From Conidiobolus incongruus B7586 (taxonomy: Eukaryota), in contig JNEM01009691.1 of assembly GCA_000697335.1 (NCBI GenBank), positions 1-64,000 on the forward strand: DNA of 64,000 nucleotides, written 5' to 3'. Shown here in pieces: positions 1 to 11,044 of this stretch; positions within the stretch are counted from its first letter, which is position 1, and each line of letters begins with the position of its first letter. The position numbers and the translations under genes are program-made. The notes under the pieces were generated by a model that did no database searches, was not told the DNA's origin, and worked only from the letters and a program-made list of their open reading frames with translations.

Positions 1-240
1 ATATAGAGGGTTTATAGTTGAGTTTTAATAATACTAAAATAAAAGATTTTTGATAATCATTATTTAATTTAAGTATAATTAATTTAACTTTAAATTTCAA
101 AAAAATAATTATAAATATATATATATATATATATATTTCCAAAATATTAATTCTCCTAATTATTTTTTATATATTTCATTTTTCAAAACTAGCAATATGT
201 TTGAAAAATCAGAAATTAAAAAAATTGCCATTTCTATTTT
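1..240 (-). mobile_element. Partial, diverged copy of the 5' end of the mariner element at 20228-21511 (runs off the left window edge)
   Basis: Reverse complement of 1-235 aligns by eye with 20243-20490 (AGAAATGGCAA-TTTTTTAATTTCTGAT ... GTTAAATTAATTATA ... AAAACTCAACTATAAACCCTCT vs AAAACTTAATTATAAACCTTTT). Confidence 0.75.
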
Positions 241-758
241 TTTGAAGATATATTATAAATATTTTTCATAATCAATAGATTGATTAAAATTTGAAAATCA
301 ATATTAAAAAATTATATAACTGATCATTTTAGGACAATGAGAATATCATTAACAATATTATTAAATTATTGGTATTTTAATTAATAGATTACAGATTAAC
401 CAATAAAGATATTGAAAACTCAAAATCAATATTATAATTTATTATAATTTAACATAATTATATTCGTTTAAATATATAATTGATTAAAAAAATAATATAA
501 TTCGATGATAAATTCAAGTTCAATTTAATTATTAAATTGAAAAAAGTTGGTATAATAAATTTTTTAATATATGCTTAAATAAAACCGTGTATTTAAATTT
601 CATAGTAATTATTAGTATATTTAATTATATTTATATAAATTACTATGATTAATGTGAATGAGTTTTACATACTTAAAAATCATTAAAATGACATATTAAG
701 CAATACATCAAAATCATATATCTAACCGATGTTAATGAAATGAGCCAATTATATTTCA

Positions 759-1968
759 TTAATCGTCGCTTGAGAACATCTGGTCTACCTGAATGCTGGT
801 GGTGGTTTGGAGAGAGTTGTCGTTGCGTTGGTGGTTGTTGTGCATTTGAGAGGATGATGAGGGAGGAGAGTCGTTATTTAAGCCATCGCTGGGACTGCTT
901 AGAAGATTGGACTGGTTGTAGCGTTGAGTGGGAGGCGACGAGGGGATGATGCCGGATGTGTCGATAATGTTGATGAGGGAGGATGAGGGGTTGAGGCCTG
1001 GAGATGGGTTGTGGTGGAATGGTTCGCTGGATGGATCTTCGAAAGCGGGAGGCATAAGATCGGCAGAGTGCCGGGGTGAGGAATCGTTTGATTTGAAGTT
1101 GTCGTACGGTGGGATCACATCGAACGAGTTTTGATCAACGCCACCATCTTCGAAATACTCGTCAATGTTAGGATTGGCAGGTGGCACCATTTCAAAATCG
1201 TCTTCATCGTCGTCGTCGTCGTCGTATTGAATGTCTGGCAATGGTTGGATGTTGTCGTCTGAAGAGTATTCGATCTTGTCGATTAACTCAGCTGGGACGT
1301 CATTATGAGTAATAGGCGGTGGTGACGATGACAAAGGGGGCTGAGACAGTGGTGAGGAAGAATTGACGTTGTTTGTTCTAGGAGGGGGTAAGGGTGAGTG
1401 CGAGTGTAGGCTGGGTGCCTGAGGCAGCGGCGGAGAGGAGCTTTCGAGGTTTTTTATGGGAGGAGGAAGGGGTGAAGAGGAGTGGAGATTATGCTGCTGT
1501 GATGGGGAAAATTGGGAGATTGTCTGGAATTCGGCCACAAATTCGTCGTTGTCAGAGGTGTACACAGGTTGTAGCGTAGGAGGTGGTGGGGGTGAGTTGT
1601 CTTTGATTTCAAAAGTATCTTGAATCTTACTCAGTGTATAAGTTTTCGTTTTTGGATTAAAATATAGCACTAGTTCATTTTCTTTAGAATGAGCTTGAAC
1701 AAGTTCATGTTCCGAATGCTTGATATTTTCCTTCAATATTAACTTATTTTTATTGTAATTGAGTTTGTTTTGTTGTTCAAAATTTATTTTATTGGCATCT
1801 ATTAATCATTAATAAATATTAATCAATATATTAATTGAAGCAAATACCTTTAATACAAAATAAGTCATTCTTATTAAAACTTAACCGATTTTTGTTACTA
1901 TTATTATTAAATATAATTGGGTCAATATTAATATTCACAATTCCTTTAGGAAGTTGATTTGAATTCAT
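759..1968 (-). CDS. ELL-associated factor (EAF)-like protein with long Pro/Ser/acidic low-complexity tail; 2 exons (1968-1848, 1798-759)
   Basis: GT-AG intron 1799-1847 joins MNSNQLPKG...FCIK in frame to the 325-aa ORF. The segment ENELVLYFNPKTKTYTLSKI resembles the EAF-domain motif (ECVLIFDxETxxFxLE). Confidence 0.6.
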
Positions 1969-2202
1969 ATTAGATAATTTAATATAAAAGCATAATATAT
2001 GTATTTGAATCAATTTATTTGAGAATCCCTTAATTCATTTTTCCCTTTTGTTAATCATAAAAGATTCATAGATGTATCCAATTAACAATGAAATTATATT
2101 AAAAAGAATGGGATTCAATCAAATATATATATTTTAAATACCAAAATCCATTGCAAGTAATATCACTGAATATTTTAATATGCTTATAATATTATATTGC
2201 AC

Positions 2203-2850
2203 TATCAGTATGTTTTAAAAATACTTCGAAATCCTCTAAGGACTAGAATGGATTTGATAATAAAGTAATATTAGCTTGGATTGATTCAATTTGATTGTTA
2301 ATATATATTTAAGGATCGTGGACCATGTTCACTGCCAGCCATTGTGCAATTATTAGTATATGATCAATTTGACGATTTAATAGATCCCAAATAGCCCAAC
2401 TAATTGTAAATCAATATCAATTAAAAAATATTAGACAATGAATTAGCCAATTAAATACTATCTTTTATTTGATCACTAACATTGTACAATAGTACTGGAA
2501 CAGAAGAATTTTGCTTTATTTATTATGTAAGAGCGTCACCAACTAATGAGAGTGTTTTATAGCGAAACCTGGTTGGAACATATGCTTTAATTGCTAACAA
2601 ACTGAGGGATTTGGAGAATCAATTGAGTATCTTTTTCATGTTTCCAGATTTATCTGTGAGGAATGAGGGTATTTATACTTTGGAATTTACATTTATGAAT
2701 TTGCAGGTGAACTTTAGAAATGGAGTGCCATTGGAACCTTTCCAAGTGTTTAGTCTCAAAAAATTCGAGGGAATGGTTGATACAAGTGCTTTGAGCAAGT
2801 GTTTTGCAAGGCAGGATATTAAAGTGCTCATTCGTAAGGATATATCTTAG
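2203..2850 (+). pseudogene. Degenerate velvet-domain (VelB/VosA-like) gene
   Basis: Velvet motifs in order: YVLKILRNPLRTRM-(frameshift)-GFDNK, DRGPCSLPAIVQL, RNLVG, IFFMFPDLSVRNEGIYTLEF, EPFQVFSLKKFEGM..TSALSKCFARQDIKVLIRK. In-frame stops TGA 2470-2472 and TAG 2560-2562. Confidence 0.7.
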
Positions 2851-3932
2851 GCGCTCTGTAAATTGGTTTGAGCTATTAGATTCAGTTCTTCAGTGTATAG
2901 AGTTTCTAACTCTTTTAGTAATTGATTCAACTCTTCTAATTCAGTTAATTGAGATAAGAATAACTCATTAATAGTGATTAGTTTGTCATTGATCGACTGT
3001 AACTAAAAAATATATAATTAGTATAATAGTGTAGTAATAAATCAATATCATTGTATACTTGATCCATATCGATAATTTCAAAATTTATACCATTTAAATC
3101 TTGTAAGCAGTTTTTTATATTTAAGAAAAAATAATCTGTAAAATGCATTAATTATAATGTTTAGTTTAAATTAAATTTAAATAATATTACCTAAATTAAT
3201 ATCTAAATTCAAATGGCTGAACTGATTCTCTAAATTATTGATAAAATTTAAATAACTTGATTTAAAACGATTTAATTGAGTTAATATTAAATCAAATCCA
3301 TCAAACTATAAATATAGATAATATTAAATTAAAACATTTATATGTAGCTATATTTAATTACCATCCATTTTAACTGATCATTCAGCTTATATTTTAATCC
3401 CAGTTCCATTTTCTTTTGAATTTGATCATTTAATTCTCGATATTCTTTAATGATTAATTGATTAAATCGATCGATCTCTTTCTAGATATAAAACTAATAT
3501 AAATATATGTATATATAATGATATGAAACAAATATCTAATACTTGACTTGAATCTACTACTTTTAATATATTGGATTGAAATTGATTGTTTAAATATTCA
3601 TACTGGATTAATCTTGTTATACTACAATATTTAAGAGTTTCATCATCATTTAATACAATTTCAGAGGGATGATGAGTATGCTGAGGTGTAGCTATTAATT
3701 TTTGATTAACTACTGTATATTATTGTTAAGGTATTTGCATTGATTACTAGGCCTTGAGTTTTCTTGTAAATTGGTATTGGGTGTGGATACTTTACTATTA
3801 TTAGCTTCTTTACGGAAGTTTAAATACCTTGAAGGTATTACTTTAACTAATGAATTCAATTTAATATTAGTAAGTTTTAATCAAATTAATTTATTTATAT
3901 TAGGTTTTACTTTTTTTATTATTAGAATTCAT
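2847..3932 (-). CDS. Multi-exon coiled-coil protein, possibly augmin subunit HAUS8-like
   Basis: Seven exons joined by GT-AG introns give an open frame MNSNNKKIKVIPSRYLNFRK...LEELNQLLKELETLYTEELNLIAQTNLQSA*. The N-terminal VIPSRYL resembles the SRY motif of HAUS8/AUG8. The promoter 9-mer lies 90 bp upstream. Confidence 0.6.
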
Positions 3933-4021
3933 TAATTTTTAAATATTTTAATTCAATATATTTAATATTCTGACTTATATGACTTAAGAATTATTTTATG
4001 TAAATTTGAATTGAAATAATT

Positions 4022-4030
4022 TTATGGGAT
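4022..4030 (-). promoter_or_regulatory. ATCCCATAA upstream element (HAUS8-like gene)
   Basis: Exact 9-mer 90 bp upstream of ATG 3932, sense orientation. Confidence 0.6.
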
Positions 4031-4280
4031 TTATTCAAATTTTTAATTATTAAATATTAATGTATTGAAAGAATGGTTATAAGATATTGGATACTGAGAC
4101 AAAATGAAGGATTTCGATTAATTTTATCAACTTAAGTCACTATTTTCACATTATATCATTGGATAACTTGAAATTTAATCAATTTTAACCCTTTCTTAAA
4201 TTTGAAAATAAAGATATCTGAGATAATTAGAGTGTATAAATAGCCACATTAAGCGCTTACAAATACATGTCTCTATCAAA

Positions 4281-5696
4281 ATGATTAAACTATTGCCAAT
4301 ATTAGAGTTTATTATAGATAACCAATATTATTATGATTTCTTGATACGATTGATCGTTAGTATATTGATGATAGTCAAATTAGTCAGGGATTTTGTACTG
4401 ATTAATTTAACTGATTTACAACGAAAAAAGATGGAATTTGTGAACTTGGCAAGGCAATGTGAAATCGTCGATCATGAAAAAGAAGTCAATGATTTACATT
4501 ATGAAGTAAAAGCATATATCTATTCTATCTATAATTTATTAAATTAATAGATTAGATGTCTGTTGATATAATGAAATTAATGTTAGGTCCATTATTAAAA
4601 CATTCGAGTTGCTATTTCCCCACAGGTAATCAATATTGATTAAATTTATAACATATAACTAATATAAGAATTTAAGGTAAAGAGACTTTAAAAGAAGCCG
4701 AGATAAAAATGTTAGAGTTGTACTGCGAGAGAGCCGAATGTTATGATGGTATGAAATGTTTAGATATTGGATGTGGTTGGGGTAGCTTGGCCTTTTATTT
4801 GGCAAAGGTAAATCAATGTTTGCTAGTAGTAATAATTTATTTTAATATTGTTAATAGAAATATCCAAAATCAACCATTACTTGTTTTTCCAATTCGAAAG
4901 CTCAGATATATTATATTGAAAGAGTATGTGAAGAGCAAAAAATCGCAAATATTGAGACAGTGTTGGGCGATTTAAACAAACCTCCTGTGGATTTTATTAA
5001 CAAGTAAGATCAATTAATATCTATAATTGCATTGTTTATTTATTAGTATGATTAGATTTGATAGGATCATAGCAATTGAATTGTTGGAACATTTAAAAAA
5101 TTATAAAGTTTGTTTTGATACATTTTATAATTGGTTGAACTATGATGGCAAACTTTTTATTCAAAGTTTTGGTTATCGCATCTTTCCCAGTCACTTTGAT
5201 TTTGATCAAAATCAGAGAAGTAGTAACTGGTTGGCCAAATACTTTTGTAAAGGTATCATGTCCGTATCACTCATTTATATCACCTAAATTGACATTCTAA
5301 TTATAGGTGCAACGATGATCAGTCTCGATATTTATTTATATTTTCAAGATCAATTAAAATTAGAAAACTGCTGGTTAGAAAGTGGAACTCATTATGGTAA
5401 ATTGCCAACTTGCCATTAAATATTGTATTACTAACTAATGTAATATAGCTAACTCTTTCAAACACTGGATCAAGCAAATGGACAAAAACAAAAAAATATT
5501 GAGAAATGAATTAAGTGAATATTATGGTAATAAGGCAGAAGGTTATTACTGGTTTAGTAGATGGAGATTTTTCCTATTGGTATCAAGTATTCCTTTCCAA
5601 TTATTTAGAGGAAATTGCTGGGGAATTGGCCATTATCTATTTAAGAAGCCTTCTACATTGAAAGGGGCTACTAGTTCACTTTATTCAATTGACTGA
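4281..5696 (+). CDS. SAM-dependent methyltransferase, cyclopropane-fatty-acid synthase / coclaurine N-methyltransferase-like family (multi-exon)
   Basis: Motifs [64 protein letters not shown] across exons separated by GT-AG introns. Confidence 0.85.
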
Positions 5697-6101
5697 GTTA
5701 GTTGAATCTATCAAAAAATTAGCATATCTATATAATTTAATTGAATCCCATTATTATAGCAATTATCTTGAATAAATTATTTGATATATTAGTCAGAAAC
5801 ATTTACTCTAGTATTAACTTTGTTTTCATTAAATTTTTTAAAATCTAAGAATATATACTATATAATAAAAATACAAGTTATAATGTTTAATAATTCATTA
5901 TTCTATATTTGGTTAAATACTTTATTAGGGTCAAAAATACTATATTCTGAATAGTGTAAAAACAATAAATGATAATAATAATACAATTATTTCATGGTTA
6001 GAATTTCTAATGTAACTGATACTTTAGAATAATTAATAAAATCATATGTTTCTTGATTAATTGAATACGTAATTAACTATTCAATGAAGTTGAAACTAAG
6101 C

Positions 6102-7262
6102 TCAAACTACAGAATTAACCTCTTGAATATCTAATCCTCTCAAAGCATCAATACAACCTTCCAACTTGAGGATTTCTAAACGCTGGCAGTCTAATTCATA
6201 TTTGAGCTGAGATTGATCTTGGAGCATTTTGAGCTCTTCATTCTGATAATTTCTCAGGTCGTAATATAAAATTTGCAGCTCTTCTTCAAAATCCGCTGGC
6301 CAAGGATGTGGATAAAGCTGAGGGTCTAGCTGAACACTCGGAAGTGTTGGGCGGCGATGTGGCAATGGTCTTGGAGGTGGTGAATTACGATGGTAATGCG
6401 AAGAACTACGTGGAATTGAATCGAGACGTGGGCGCTTCACCGGAGAATTATATGAATCTTTGTAAGAAGGTGATGGAACCTGTGGTGAAAAACATGCCTG
6501 TGGAGACTCGGCTTGTGGTGTTCTTTGAATTTCATTCCTTGAGTCAGAACGTCCAAAAGCAGGAGAAATGGTTCGTTCGATGGAAGTATCTCGAGTACCT
6601 GAGACTTGGTTTGTGCTGGGAGTTGTGCTAGCAGTATTTGAAGAACCAGAACGATGGTCATTATAGTCAGAAATGTGCTGAGATTTATATCTAGAGGAAG
6701 AATGCTTGTAGTGATATTCTTCCGAGCGGTGTGAAGAGCTCTTAGGGTGGTGTTTATATGAAGAATGTTTTCTACGAGAACTGGAGTGATGATAATCTCT
6801 ACTGTGGCCATAATGGTCATCTTCATATCTAGAAGGTTCTTTACTGTGATAATTATCCTCCCTTGTGCGACTTCTAGAGCGAGAATGATGTCTCTTATGA
6901 CTTCCATCACTATATGAAGAGCTATAGCTAATAGAAGGACTGCGGCTATGATGGTTTCTTGGACTGTAACTTCTACTCCTACTCCTGGACCTTCTATGGT
7001 AGTAATCTTCTTTATATTTCCTATGACTTCTGCTATTGTATTCTTTATAACGAGAGGGACTACGAGAGGAATAGTATTTATCGTAATCTCGCCTATATGA
7101 AGAAGGATGACGGTAGTGACCTTCATAATCTCTCGAAGACCTTGGATAAGTTTCTCTACGATGGTGACTAGAAGAGGAAGCTTCGCTAGGGTGCTGATAT
7201 CCGGAATGTGAGGGATAATTGGGGTCAGAGGGTCTTAATGTAAAGCTATCTCTTCTGCCCAT
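6102..7262 (-). CDS. Arg/Ser/His/Tyr-rich low-complexity protein with C-terminal coiled coil (putative nuclear or RNA-processing protein)
   Basis: Intronless ORF, first ATG at 7262. RS dipeptide runs (RSRSRSRSYSP), heptad-like C-terminus, promoter 9-mer at 7433. Confidence 0.7.
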   Translation of the reverse strand: MGRRDSFTLRPSDPNYPSHSGYQHPSEASSSSHHRRETYPRSSRDYEGHYRHPSSYRRDYDKYYSSRSPSRYKEYNSRSHRKYKEDYYHRRSRSRSRSYSPRNHHSRSPSISYSSSYSDGSHKRHHSRSRSRTREDNYHSKEPSRYEDDHYGHSRDYHHSSSRRKHSSYKHHPKSSSHRSEEYHYKHSSSRYKSQHISDYNDHRSGSSNTASTTPSTNQVSGTRDTSIERTISPAFGRSDSRNEIQRTPQAESPQACFSPQVPSPSYKDSYNSPVKRPRLDSIPRSSSHYHRNSPPPRPLPHRRPTLPSVQLDPQLYPHPWPADFEEELQILYYDLRNYQNEELKMLQDQSQLKYELDCQRLEILKLEGCIDALRGLDIQEVNSVV

Positions 7263-7432
7263 GTTATACACGATAAAATTAAGGAGTCTAAAGAAAAAAT
7301 TAAAAGGTAATAATAATTATAAAAATCCAGTCAGCTAAAAAATTTAAGGAATTTGTAAGTTTTAATAATTTTAAATTCAATTCGCGTTGAATAGTTAATT
7401 ATATTATATTTTTAATACAATGAAACAAATAA

Positions 7433-7441
7433 TTATGGGAT
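7433..7441 (-). promoter_or_regulatory. ATCCCATAA upstream element (RS-rich gene)
   Basis: Exact 9-mer 171 bp upstream of ATG 7262. Confidence 0.6.
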
Positions 7442-7803
7442 ATTTTAAACTAAATTAAAATCATCAGATAAATACTAATAATGAATTGTTAATGATAAGA
7501 TTGCTATTAAATTCTATTTTTATTACAATTATTTAAAGATTAATATTATATACTTTACATAAGTTATTTTACTAAATAATAATTAAAAATACAATGAAAT
7601 TGATTTCAAATGATATAACAATTCATATTTGAAAAATTCGAAGTTGTTAACAATTTTGGTAAATGAATTAAACCATAGAATTTTGTAAATTCATTAATAA
7701 AAATAAATTAATAAAACTAGCATTAAAATAAATATTACAAATTGATAAATGTTCTATTAAAAGCGAATACAACTTAAAAATATTGGGTCGAGAGGTAATA
7801 TAA

Positions 7804-8385
7804 TTAATGGAGTTTCTTAACGGATTCAACACATTCGTCATATGTTTCTTGATATTCGGAAGTATCCTCAGTACCCTTCAAACCACCAGGGGTGATGAAA
7901 AGGCAGGAAGTAGCTCTCTTAGTGTTGGCTGAGACACCGAGTTGTTCCTTAGAATTGACAAATACATAAGGTAAGTTGTTTTCTTCACAGAGAACAGGGA
8001 GGTGTGTTAAGACATCAATAGGAGAAACATTACCAGCTAAGACAACAAGACTAAAAATAAGGTTAAAAATTTGGTTAAATAAATAAATTTTATAAATATC
8101 AAAGCATACCCTTTCTTTCCTTGACGAATAGCTTTGACAGTTTCCTTAATACCTCTGCGAGTGTGCTTAGCTTTGCTAGCTAAAAAAGGAATAGATAATT
8201 AATTAATAAATTCATAAGGATAGTAAAATTGAAGTACCTTTCTTGCAAACCTTGAAAAGTTTCTTGGATAAAGATTCTTCAGCTAAGGGAACAGCAATGA
8301 CGGAAGGTTTATATTGAATTTCGGGTTGATTAGAAGTTTCCTTCTTTTCAGATTTGGATTTTTTGGAAGATTTATCTTTAGCCAT
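7804..8385 (-). CDS. NHP2: H/ACA snoRNP subunit Nhp2 (L7Ae family), 3 exons
   Basis: Spliced translation MAKDKSSKK...IAVPLAEESLSKKLFKVCKKASKAKHTRRGIKETVKAIRQGKKGLVVLAGNVSPIDVLTHLPVLCEENNLPYVFVNSKEQLG...KRATSC. Missed by the ORF track. Confidence 0.9.
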
Positions 8386-8551
8386 AGTTAATAAAAATCT
8401 ATTCTATTAAGCTTATTAAATAGAAATATAAAATCTATGATAATTATTAAAAATTATCACTTTTATTTAAGTATTTTATTTAATTTTAGATTTTTTTTCT
8501 TTATATTGATTTATTTGTATCAATATTTTTTTAAAATTTTTAAAAATATTT

Positions 8552-8560
8552 TTATGGGAT
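8552..8560 (-). promoter_or_regulatory. ATCCCATAA upstream element (NHP2)
   Basis: Exact 9-mer 167 bp upstream of ATG 8385. Confidence 0.6.
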
Positions 8561-9491
8561 ATATTAAAATATATTAAAAATATGATTTGACTGATATATA
8601 ATTTGAAATTAAACAAACATCAAATTTTTGTATATTTGTATTAAGTATATTTTTATATCTTTTAAGCCTAAATCGTACATTATTTCAGTTGATAATTTTT
8701 TGAGTATTAAATAATAATGAGTATTATATGAATAATTATAGTATATAGTATATAATATGCTAACATATGAATTAAACATCTAAATAATATATAAAAATAT
8801 TATTTTCAACACTAAATATATAAATAGATTAAGTTTTATTTTTACAACATAATATATATATATATATATTATTTCATTAATATAATAAATCTTCAAATAT
8901 TATAATTATTTATTATATATTAATAATTTATGAATCTATAAAAAATTGAAAATATCTACTTTAATTAATATTAAATTAATTAAGTTTAATGATCAAAGTT
9001 AAAAATATTCTAATATTTATAATTGAATGGTTTTATAATATTCTTATCAAATGGTAAATCATTAAATATTTGATCTTTTATTTAGAATCTATTGAATTGA
9101 AATTAAAATACCAAATTTTTTTGAAGTGTAATTCAAAATAAATTTCAAAGTCAATAGTGGAAAGCTGTCAAATCAATTATCAATCAACATCATTTTTATT
9201 TAGTTAATTTGGTCAAAAGTATTACTCAGATTTGTTATGATGGAATGATATTTTTGAATAATAATCTTTTGTCTGATTACCTACCTGAGTAGAAATAGGC
9301 TTTAACTAATAATTCAGGATTTAAAGTAATTTGTATCTGTTGAATATAATTTATTCCAATATAGTGCTTTTTGAATAAAAACCAGCGTTTTAAAAATAAA
9401 TCAAGTATGCTGTTTAATATAGCTTGAAAATATCTGGAACACCGCCAATATTTTTACAATCCTAATTTTAAATATCCAGAAATTAAAAAAT

Positions 9492-10094
9492 TCAGTCATT
9501 TTCTGGTGGAGAGTTAGGTAATTTTGACAAGCTAGATATTTCAAGAGACTCAGGATTTTGTGGCAGGGTAGTTGTTGGTGGAGAATTAGGTTTTGGCAAC
9601 CCCTTATCCACTGGTAATGAATTATTTGCCTTTAGTGATTTAGACTTTGGAGACATCTTATCTTTCTTTGGACGCTTAGGTCTTGGTGGATATTTTGCTT
9701 GGTAGACGCCAGACTCTCTAAGAACTTTATGCACAGTTGTTTTGCCAACATTAATATCTTTAGCACGAAGTTGTTCACTAATTTGCTTCAAGGACAAATC
9801 TTTTCCATCTTGCTTCTGACTAAAAATAGATAAAATTTCTTGTTTGATAGAGTCTGTGACTATTGAAGGTCTACCAGAAACGGGTACATCAGTTAAATGT
9901 TCATCGCGAAGTTTCAGAGGTTTGCCTTCAGGATCAAAACCACGTTGAATTGCTTTGGAATAAATTCGACTCACATGACTTTTAGAGACACCAGTTATCT
10001 CCGCAATCTCATTTATTGACATTTCAGTACGGCATTTGAGTACTACAACGGCAGCTCTTTGAGCAATATCAGTACGAGCTCCATTTCTATCCAT
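9492..10094 (-). CDS. Tc1-type transposase-derived paired HTH DNA-binding protein lacking the DDE domain
   Basis: HTH1 (SINEIAEITGVSKSHVSRIY), GRP-type linker (SGRPS), HTH2 (SLKQISEQL...VGKTTVHKVLRESG), then a basic NLS-like stretch and Pro/Ser tail. No DDE domain or TIRs seen. Confidence 0.7.
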   Translation of the reverse strand: MDRNGARTDIAQRAAVVVLKCRTEMSINEIAEITGVSKSHVSRIYSKAIQRGFDPEGKPLKLRDEHLTDVPVSGRPSIVTDSIKQEILSIFSQKQDGKDLSLKQISEQLRAKDINVGKTTVHKVLRESGVYQAKYPPRPKRPKKDKMSPKSKSLKANNSLPVDKGLPKPNSPPTTTLPQNPESLEISSLSKLPNSPPEND

Positions 10095-11002
10095 GTTAAG
10101 TACAAAATGGAAACTAAAATAATTCGAAAAGTTTAGAGATTTAAAGTAATATTATTAAATGAACCGAACGCTTACAATAACACTAATCGATTGCGAAAGT
10201 GAGTTTGAAACCAGTCCATTGACCCATAAATTTATATTGGTGTGATTGGCTCAATTTCATTTTATTCATAATTTTTGGACATTGATTAGAATCTGAATAT
10301 AACGAACAAAAACAATTTTGTAATTTTGCGTCAGCAATCAACTTGAACTGATTAAATTTTTATATATCTAATTAAAATAAATTTCATATTTAAAGCTCCT
10401 TAACATATATTCTTTAATGAATACGTTGAATGATATACTACGGATCAATGTTTAAAATTATAATATAATATATCAGAATATCCATCAAATTCGAAATAAA
10501 AGCATTTTACAATACATAAAAATACATATATGTATTTAATTATCAAAGTATTACAAATTTTATAAAACCATACATCAAACTGTAATTATAAAATTGGTTG
10601 CATTTCAAAATACTGCAAACTTTTATTATATACCAATATGCTTAAAATAATTAATGAAAGTGCACTTTTAAATAATTTAATAGTTTCTTAATAATCACAA
10701 TGAAATAATACAAGATTTGAATTCTTATTATATCACATTATTCTTATTACGTCTGCGAAATTAATCCAAACTAAATATATTACTAATTTATTTCAAACTA
10801 ATTTACAGATAGTATTCAATCACAACACTTGTTATCATAACGAACATTAGATCATGATACTTTATTAACCAATAATTGTGATCAAATAATTAAAAATGAT
10901 ATACTAGTGTTTCGAGCATATGTGACATCCTAAGAAAGTGGCAACAAGTATATTATATAACTGGTCAATTTAATATAATTTGACTAAATTTACAATCAGA
11001 AA

Positions 11003-11006
<4 letters not shown>

Positions 11007-11040
<34 letters not shown>
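11007..11040. repeat. (AT)17 microsatellite
   Basis: Direct reading. Confidence 0.95.

Positions 11041-11044
<4 letters not shown>

Noticed and set aside
740..1579. Plus-strand ORFs inside the EAF-like gene, and similar shadow ORFs inside the subtilisin, SNF5, SEC1, RIO2 and RS-rich genes
   Set aside because: Antisense or alternative-frame by-products of GC-richer coding DNA with no recognisable motifs.
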